Assembly (NCBI RefSeq): GCF_009914755.1
Contig: NC_060937.1
Source of the DNA: the human T2T-CHM13v2.0 reference genome, Homo sapiens
Length of the DNA stretch: 64,000 bases
Direction: 5' to 3' (one strand)
This document shows positions 54,223 through 64,000 of this stretch, one piece after another; the first letter of the stretch is position 1; every line of letters starts with the position of its first letter. Below the pieces are notes generated by a model. The model worked only from the letters and a program-made list of their open reading frames with translations, did no database searches and was not told the origin of the DNA. The position numbers and the translations under genes are program-made.

Positions 54223-55204
54223 TGACAGTCCAGTATCAAGGAAATAGCTTTTATACAAATTGGATAGTTGAGGTAGTATGTGAGGTAAAGTTTAATCATA
54301 TATTAATTGCCCATGAACCTCAGGAGATGGGGGAATGGGGAAATGACAGCAACTAGAAAGAGAAGAATGACTTGAAGGGAAATGAGTTAGGAGAAATTGT
54401 GAGAAGGATGTTCAGAAATGCAGACTTTGTAAGCAAACTGGAAATTGGTTACAAGAATAATATGAGTTATCTGTGGTTTGCAGCAGTCAGCAGTGTGATT
54501 AGTTAATAATATAGAGACTACAGGTTTACATTTAAACTCCATATCTAGTGTTTTATACAGATTATATTTCTTTGACTTGATTTAATCCCAGATAAGAGAC
54601 ACTGATATTATTTTCCCTAGATCATGTATGCATTTTCTGCTTAAATCTATATATACATTATATAATATTAGCTGGTGTTTATTGAGTGTTTACTATGTGT
54701 CAGACCTTGTTCTAAGCTTCTCATTTAATTCTCCCACAACCTTATGAGGTAGGGAACTGTTTTTCTATTTTATCAGTGAGAAACAGGTTAAATGGCTTGC
54801 CTTAGGTCAAATGCCAAGTTAGTAAAACTAGGATTCATACTTAGGCCATCGAATGCAGAACCCAGACTAGGAACTGCTATGCAATGCTGCTTCCCAGTAA
54901 AATTTGAGATTTCATGAGTTGGTAACTAGTGAAGAATACACAAAAAATAAGCCTCTTAATTCTGTAGTTTAATATTTGAAATGTGTGTTATTCAGAATTT
55001 ATATAAAAATATATTTTAAAAGCATTAGAGTAGCTGTATAAAGAAAGCTGTGTTGACATTTTACCTAGAGACTCTATGCATAATGAATAACACTCTGCTA
55101 TATCTAGTTTCTAAATTAGGGGTGGGAGTTGTATTCATTATTTAGTTCCCATACAGCATATCTACTGTTTACACCCCACATTTTCTTTTTTTCTTTCTTT
55201 CTTT

Positions 55205-55513
55205 CTTTTTTTTTTTTTTTTTTTTTTTTTAGAGACAGAGTCTTGCTTTGTCACCCCCAGGCTGGAGTACAATAGCACAATCTCGGATCACTGCAGTGTC
55301 TGCCTCCTGGGCTCAAGCGATTCTCGTGCCTTAGCCTCCCAAGTAGCTGGGACTACAGGTGCGTGCCACCACGCCCAGCTAATTTTTGTATTTTTAGTAG
55401 AGACATGGTTTCACCATGTTGGGCAGTCTGGTCTCGAACTCTTGGCCTCAAGTGATCTGCCCACCTTGGCCTCCCCAAGTACTGGGTTTACAGGCATGAG
55501 CCACCGAGCCCGC
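55205..55513 (-). mobile_element. Alu (antisense) in intron 25
   Basis: Reverse-complement Alu after a long pyrimidine tract. Confidence 0.9.
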
Positions 55514-56139
55514 ATTTTCTCTGAGACGTCTTCAAAGGCAGTTTACTAATCCTGCTGAAGAGACAACTGTCATTTACACAGCATTTTAAAGTTTTACAAA
55601 ATACTGTCATGAATTAGGTTAAACCATATGAAATTGCTGATATTTGACCAGTTGTGATTTCTCAAGCAACAGTTTCATGTAGTTTAACCTGTAAATCATT
55701 TCAATTAATTCTTGGAACAGACGTGAGGTAGGTGAGGCAATTCTTTCTTTTCTCTAACCAAAGAAGTACCTTTATAGATGTGAGATGATTCCCAGCTATT
55801 AAGTAGTAAATAGAGCTAGGACTTGAGCCCCAATCTTCCAGCTTCAATCCAGATCATATGACAGCTTGCTGATTAAACTAGATGACAGAGAAGATCTCTT
55901 TCCTTCAGATACACATACTTTTTCTCTGTTCCCCTCTCCCTATCAGCTAGATTCCCCTAAATCACTGATACTGGTTTTGTAATTTTGCATCGGCATGTTT
56001 GACAATTGGTATCACATTTAGGGTTTTTCATTCTTTTTTGGTCCAAACTTTTCATTTCTGCTTTTAAAGGAAATACTTTTGGAAACATAAATATGTGGGT
56101 TTGCAATTTATAAAGCAGCTTTTCCACTTATTTTCTTAG

Positions 56140-56292
<153 letters not shown>

Positions 56293-56740
56293 TAATGTAA
56301 ACTCAAGGAATATTATAAGAAGTATATATGGAGGCCATCGTATATTCTGTTGTATACCTAGTAAACATGGTAAAATGTAATTAAACTTAATTAGAAAATG
56401 TGGTTGTTATGTGGCTCCTGTAAGTATAGTTATTTAGAAATTTTATTTATTGAAGCAAGATATGAAACTCTGGGTGCACACTTTCCAAACAGGTGCTTTC
56501 ATTTACATGTGATTGAAAAGTGTTTTTTGCCATTTATTTCACTGTTCCATACAATTAGGGTTGTTTCTAAGCTGTTTGTAAGCTGTTTCTAAGCTATTTA
56601 AGTGGTTAAATCACAGTAGATGCAAATCAAGCTAAAGTCTTTAACATTGGCTAATGGCTGATTCTTAAATAGCTAATACTTGCTAAGGGTATCTATATTA
56701 ACTCATTTAATCCTCATAACAACCCTATGAGATAAAACCT

Positions 56741-56944
56741 AAGTCCTCACTTAACATTGTCAATAGGTTTTTGGAAACTGATTTTAAGGGAAGTGATGTA
56801 TAACAAAACCATTTTTTTTTCTCATCACTGTTCTAACAAAATGATGTTGAAGATTTAAATGACATTGCTCAAAGACCTGCTATACATTGTTTGACTTAAA
56901 GTCACAGTTTCCGAGAACCTATCAATTATGTTAAGTGAGGACTT
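56741..56944. mobile_element. MER47/Tigger5-like MITE inside a MIR
   Basis: Perfect 17-bp inverted ends AAGTCCTCACTTAACAT (56741-56757) and ATGTTAAGTGAGGACTT (56928-56944). Confidence 0.75.
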
Positions 56945-57379
56945 GACTCTATTATCCTGATTTTGTAGATGAGGAGACTGTGGCATAGAGAGAGGTTAAG
57001 CAATTGCCTAATAAGGTCACAAAGCTAGAAAAGTAGGTATTAGAACCCAGATAGTGTGTGTTCTCAAGATGGCTTTAAAATATTTATCTTTGTTTAATCT
57101 GTTAATAATAAAAAACAAAAGATTAAAGCATAAGTGACGTCCCCTACCTCCTTTTTTATCTTTTACTGTGATTATTCTTCATCTTCCTTCCTTTTCATGT
57201 CATTTTATATGTTCTTATGTAAAATTACTTTCATCTAGAATAGGAATAATGTGAACTGAAATCACCTAACCTATTAGGAGTTAGGGGAGGGAGACTGTGT
57301 GTAATATTTGCGTGCTTAAATATTTTCAATGAAAAGTTACTTTGATTTAGTTTTTTATGTTACTACATAATTATGATAG

Positions 57380-58012
<633 letters not shown>

Positions 58013-58238
58013 GCATTTGCAAAGGCGACAATAAATTATTGACGCTTAACCTTTCCAGTTTATAAGACTGGAATATAATTTCAAACCACACATTAGTACT
58101 TATGTTGCACAATGAGAAAAGAAATTAGTTTCAAATTTACCTCAGCGTTTGTGTATCGGGCAAAAATCGTTTTGCCCGATTCCGTATTGGTATACTTTTG
58201 CTTCAGTTGCATATCTTAAAACTAAATGTAATTTATTA

Positions 58239-58393
<155 letters not shown>

Positions 58394-59028
58394 AGGGGAA
58401 AAGAAAATCTTTTAAATCTTTGGATTTGATCACTACAAGTATTATTTTACAAGTGAAATAAACATACCATTTTCTTTTAGATTGTGTCATTAAATGGAAT
58501 GAGGTCTCTTAGTACAGTTATTTTGATGCAGATAATTCCTTTTAGTTTAGCTACTATTTTAGGGGATTTTTTTTAGAGGTAACTCACTATGAAATAGTTC
58601 TCCTTAATGCAAATATGTTGGTTCTGCTATAGTTCCATCCTGTTCAAAAGTCAGGATGAATATGAAGAGTGGTGTTTCCTTTTGAGCAATTCTTCATCCT
58701 TAAGTCAGCATGATTATAAGAAAAATAGAACCCTCAGTGTAACTCTAATTCCTTTTTACTATTCCAGTGTGATCTCTGAAATTAAATTACTTCAACTAAA
58801 AATTCAAATACTTTAAATCAGAAGATTTCATAGTTAATTTATTTTTTTTTTCAACAAAATGGTCATCCAAACTCAAACTTGAGAAAATATCTTGCTTTCA
58901 AATTGGCACTGATTCTGCCTGCTTTATTTTTAGCGCTATCACAGGACCCAGAGCCTATGCCCTTTTAAACTTACCACAAAAGCAGAAGATTAATTCAATT
59001 TAAGATGATACTCTCATTTGTTACGTCC

Positions 59029-59327
59029 TTTTTTTTTTTTTTTGGAGATGGAGTCTTGCTTTGTCGCCCATGCTGGAGTGCAGTGGCATGATCCTGGCTC
59101 ACTGCAGCCTCCACTTCCCGGGTTCAAGTAATTCTCCCACCTCAAGCCTCCCTAGTAGCTGGGATTACAGGGACGCACCACCATGCCCAGCTAATTTTTG
59201 CATTTTTAGTAGAGACTGGGTTTTACCATGTTGGCCAAGCTGGTCTCAAACTCCTGATGTCAGGTGATCCATCTGCCTCAGCCTCCCAAAGTGCTGGGAT
59301 TATAGGCGTGAGCCACTGTGCCCGGCC
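59029..59327 (-). mobile_element. Alu (antisense) in distal BRCA2 3' UTR
   Basis: Reverse-complement Alu. Confidence 0.9.
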
Positions 59328-59488
59328 AATATTTGTTACTTTCTTAGGTTTAATAGAGAAAAGGGATAAAACATTTCTAACTGGGAGTTAATTGCATGGA
59401 GAAGGTCTTAAATCAGATGTTTTAATGCCTTAAATGTCTGTATAATATCATGTTTTCAAATCTAATTATAAATACGTTTAAAGCCAAG

Positions 59489-59494
59489 AATAAA
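59489..59494 (+). terminator. Likely distal BRCA2 polyadenylation signal
   Basis: AATAAA followed by U/GU-rich sequence (ttgacttgtttccttcc). Confidence 0.6.
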
Positions 59495-59985
59495 TCTTTT
59501 AAAAAATTGACTTGTTTCCTTCCATAACTCTGAGCCATGATTTTTCTGTTCTGTAAAAAGCATTAACAAAATTGTCTATTTTGCTACTCCCTGTAACTTA
59601 AGTATTCTGCAAGTCTTATTAATGAGACTTGTTTTGTTTCTAAAACAGTTTGGTTTTCACATCCTAATTTTGCAGTGATCCACTCTAGAACAAGGAATAA
59701 AACTTGGGTTTCAAACAGGAGAACAGAAAAAATTACAAGAATTTAACCTTTTCTTTTTTGAATCCTTGGTACAACTGCTATTGTCTGTTCTCATGTAGAA
59801 CACCCATTATGTTGATAGATATGTAATGCGCACACTTTTTTATAAATTATAAATAACATCCAAGCTACATGAAACAAAATATGAAGCTTGAGTATATGTG
59901 CATATTATCCCCTCAAAAGTGACAATTTAATGACTACAAAGTCAACATACTGCATCATAAGGGATAATGGTAAAAATTTGTGTTA

Positions 59986-59991
59986 TTTATT
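59986..59991 (-). terminator. Likely distal N4BP2L1 polyadenylation signal
   Basis: TTTATT on + is AATAAA on -; a more proximal one lies at 61878-61883. Confidence 0.5.
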
Positions 59992-62183
59992 CAGCAATCA
60001 TTTAATGAGACCCTATTGCCCATAAAGAGCATTTGCCAGTTCTATGAATGATGCAAACAGCGAACACAATACAAGTCAATATTGGGTGTTCAAAGAGTTA
60101 CACAAATCAGAAGCCATGGGAGTTGAAAAACAGATCACTTCTACAAGGGATAAAGTTGATGGCATTTAATCAATTTTTATGGTTTACAAACCAAATATTT
60201 CAGGGGTCAGCTAGGGAAAGAAGAGACATTAAATAGGCCAGGAAACTATTCTTTAGAGCTCTAGAAAAGTTATGTAACCCAGAGCCACTTCTCCATAGTG
60301 GTCACTCACTTAACCCAAGTGAGCCAAAAACCCTAAAGCAGGGAGCCAGCCAAGTCAGGAGGGCTTGAATCTGGTCCTTTGAACCGCTCATGTGAAATCA
60401 AAGGATGGTAATTTCCACTTTGAGCTCTCTGACATTTCTCCCCTCTACCAGCCCAGACGAGTCAAGCCATCCATATTGAGCTGGTTATGCCACCACCCTA
60501 TCAACCAAGATACCCAGGACTACCTGGGCCTGGAAAATGGGAGCATTATTAAGTAGATCATTAGGAGATTATTTTATGTTGTGCTTGGAGACACAGAAGT
60601 TAGCAAAGCTGATAACACCTTAGATTCATTGGGATTTACTATTGTCAGCCAAACTTACTCAAAGGAGATACCAGTTTTTAAAATGTTAGTGAAGAAAACA
60701 TTACACATGGTGTTGGTAGTCATGGAGATGTCGAGCAGGTTTCAGTAGTGTCAGATAACGTTAAAACAGTCTCATGTACACAGATCAAATATATAAGCAA
60801 CTAAATTATAAGGCTGCTTTTGTCATTACCTTTACGATTCCTATTTATTAAAAAAAAGACTGGTAAATAAGCCTGTGATACAGAAAAACTGGTATATTGT
60901 TGAGTTTCTTGGCATTTAGGTAATTAAATTTTTTTATTGTTGAACCAAAAAAAGATCCAATGACAAATCCATATAAATGTGATACCATTTACAATTTTTA
61001 ATAACCATAAAAGCACCATTATATAAGACACTTAAAATAATTTTTCACAGAACATTAGAAAGAAGCTGTTGGCCAACAAGAAATAGAGCATACGTCCTCT
61101 GTGGTCTTGTCTATCATGATCTCACATTAAATCTGATTCCAACCTGTTGGAAATTAATTTGGATTCATAAATTCAGCATCAGTATAAGAAGACATTCCAG
61201 AGTTGTGAGGACTTGATTGTCTTAATGCCACATAAAACATCAACTGCTCATTTTGTAATGAGCATGGCTTTTATATATCCCTGTATGACCTATATCCTGG
61301 GGTGCCTAATTTCTTGCACTCCCAAACATTTGAGCTGCCGACTAATTACACATGTTAATAGGCATAATTTTAGAAGTCGTTTATTCCTTTTAAAAGTTAG
61401 TGTTTTATGAAGGCAGGCTTATTTTATTTACACTATTAGCACAACAGCCAAAAGTTATTCAGGTTTAATCCTGCTGAATAAAGTAGTAAAAACACAAGGC
61501 GTGACTTTAAATAATGACACTGATTTCCCTCAGTAGCTCCTGTAGCTATTAAGGATTTGACAGCATTTTTAACAATGATACATCATTAAAATAAAGAAAT
61601 AACTTCCCAAAGTGTCTACTTTGAAGGACAATGTTCCCTTAGATGTATGCTTTCTGGCATATTAACATTAAAGGAAAATCAGTATCATAAGAGTCGCACA
61701 TCTCACATTTTTAGATACATAGATTATCAAAGTAGCAATGGCACTTTGATAAGTAGCAATGCCCCCCCACCACTTCTCTCCACCTTCCCAACTTTACCGA
61801 TGGAGATGAATTTCCTGAAAAAATAAATAGATCACTTCAGAGCAAATGGTACTGAAGCTTATATATAATATAAACACTTTATTTCATCTATGAACCTATG
61901 TAAATATATTCTTGGGTGTGTTCTCAAGTTTTGGTTTCAAATTCTTACCCTAGAGAAAGAGACTGTTTACTCAAATCTGCAGAATTCCCAGCATCAGACC
62001 ATGCATATAGAAGCACTTTAACAAATTTTGGTGAAGAAAGTGAATATAATGACTTTGCTCAGAAACTTTTGAGTTCAGCTATTTACACTGGAATTGGAGC
62101 TCTGACTAAAATGCAACAAAAAATAACAAAAACTGAAGTAGAAACTGACTTAGGAAAATTCTGCCTGGCTGTAAGATAGGCCT

Positions 62184-62442
62184 CTAATATCCATGGTGAC
62201 AACCGCCCCTTCTGTGATAGGAGCTCTCATTTGTAAATCCACCGTGGGCCCTCCGGTTTGGAAACTCTGTGTAGGAATTCCAGTATCTGGCATTGTTGGA
62301 AGGCAATGCATTATTCCTGTCCTGGTTTCTGTTCATTCTGCTTGGCTTTTCTGCATGAAGCACACTGTGAAAAGTAACATCGTGTTCATACCGTTCTTTC
62401 ATTCGGTGGATTTTTTCTCTTGAGACACCATGAATGTTTCTT
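62184..62442 (-). CDS. N4BP2L1: N4BP2L1 last coding exon
   Basis: Minus-strand acceptor tttttccatgtag|AAGAAAC; encodes [21 protein letters not shown]...GGCHHGY*; RNxHGV is typical of the N4BP2-like P-loop kinase domain. Confidence 0.9.
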
Positions 62443-62844
62443 CTACATGGAAAAAAAATGCATTTAGTTAAGGCAGGATACCACAATGAGTTACTTATAT
62501 TTTACAAGTCCTCTAGTATTGCAGATATTGCAGTCCCTGTTCTCAGGACCTAGCTCTGGCAAAAGCATAACAAACATCTTGTTCAGCAGTTCTCTTTCAG
62601 CCTCCACTCATGTTTTTCATGCTGCCCTGCACACCCCCAAACCACCCTGAGGCTAGCAAGGAGCTAAAGCTTCAGAAATGCTTTGTTTCTGGTCCTCTCA
62701 ATTACGTGCTTCAAGACATAAAAGAACACCATGAGATTTTTAAAAAATCATACATTTGCCTGTTAATGTCATGCATATATCTATCTACTTATGTTAATCA
62801 GTCCCTGAGATATATTTCTAGGAGATACTTATTAAAACAATCTT

Positions 62845-62998
62845 AAATTCTAGTGGGCAGAAGAATCAACTGGGGATATAGTTAGAAATATAATTACCAG
62901 AGATTCCAACTACTGAATGGGGTCCATGAACTCGGATTTTAATAGCCACCTGAGGCAATTCTGATGGAGTAGTCCACAGATCCACTTTGAAGACACTA
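62845..62998. mobile_element. MER5-like hAT MITE
   Basis: Motif gcaattctgatg...ccactttgaaga recalled from MER5 consensus. Confidence 0.45.
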
Positions 62999-63562
62999 TC
63001 TGCCTATTACCATAAGAGGAACCAGCCTTACTCCTAAGAAGTAAATTCTTACCTCACTGGCTATTTTAAGTCAATGACATTATCAAATAATACAGACAGA
63101 GAATATCTGAACCCATGCATTCAATCAACAAGTTAGTATTATTTGAACATTTATTGCTTTATAAATTAGAAGCAGCATCTAGATCATAAATGAATCGCAG
63201 ACTGCTCAACCTCTAAAGATCTTTAGCCTAAATGCAAAAACACCATTGACATGTGCAGTCCCATGCAGATAAAGTGCTTTTAAATGTTCCTTGATGAAGA
63301 AGCATTTTAGCAGAATGTTAAATGCATCCTTTTAAAGGACCAAGTCCAAGCCAAGATTTAGCATTTAGCATTATATTAGAAAACTGACCCAAAACTAAAG
63401 TCTTCACATTAATAATTCCAAAGTTATCAATTTCCAAGAATTACCATTTCTGGCCTGAAAACTACCATGTCCATTTCCAGCCTGAAAAGATTCTTTTGTT
63501 CGGTCTGAAATACCTGAAAATAGCAGGATACATAATGAGGAACTAGAAAAACAAAGAAGTAC

Positions 63563-63639
63563 CTTGCTAACTCTTGAACGTTGAATTTCCAGCGAGTGTC
63601 AGGTTCTCGGAATATAACTTCATAGTTATTTTCAAGTGC
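63563..63639 (-). CDS. N4BP2L1: N4BP2L1 penultimate coding exon (77 nt)
   Basis: Minus strand aaatcag|GCACTTGAA...TTAGCAAG|gtactt; encodes [25 protein letters not shown]; phase joins the next exon as ELARRNIHG. Confidence 0.9.
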
Positions 63640-64000
63640 CTGATTTTTCAAAAGTACATAAAACATTGAAGACATAGTATGTATGTTTGGGAATGTTTAT
63701 GCTGCCATTTAACATTTACTACAAATCTTTTCAGAATTCCTTTTGTTTTACCAGTAATCCAATGCCTTAATTTATCACAATAAATGCAGTTGTTTCATTC
63801 CCATACTTAGCCACTCTCATAATTCTCCATGATAAATTTTGCTCAATTTTATCTAGTATGTAGGAAATTTGTAAAGGTTCTTTGTTTTGGACATCTTTAA
63901 AAATAGATGACTGAGCTAGTTTAAAACGTCCTGAACACCGGTATGAATGAACTCAGTGACGTCTCAAAGTCACTTATGGGATTTTTGTAGATTTACTTGT

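Overview
This is human (primate) genomic DNA, recognisable as the 3' two-thirds of BRCA2 on chr13q13. The + strand runs from the end of exon 11 through exons 12-27 and the 3' UTR; I checked every splice boundary by eye, and exon lengths keep the reading frame to the stop at 58012. The last two coding exons and 3' UTR of N4BP2L1 converge from the - strand. Intron 24 holds a processed IFIT1 pseudogene (IFIT1P1). The introns are dense with Alus and also carry a solo LTR12-family LTR, a solo LTR13A-like LTR, a full THE1 MaLR element nested in Tigger1, L1/L2/MIR relics and Tigger/Charlie DNA-transposon fossils. Most short ORFs in the track are Alu or other repeat translations. I see no CRISPR array, rRNA, tRNA or novel multi-gene system, and this locus is very heavily studied. 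Best leads: (1) a ~1 kb TSD-flanked, polyadenylated orphan retrocopy in intron 24; (2) sense-oriented LTRs that could give internal promoters or premature poly(A); (3) three TE-derived poison/cryptic exons; (4) perfect palindromes in introns 11 and 20 and in the 3' UTR; (5) an inverted Alu pair gated by poly(A) site choice in the BRCA2 3' UTR. Gene, variant and repeat-family names come from recognition or recall, not from database searches. Repeat boundaries are approximate unless TSDs are given.
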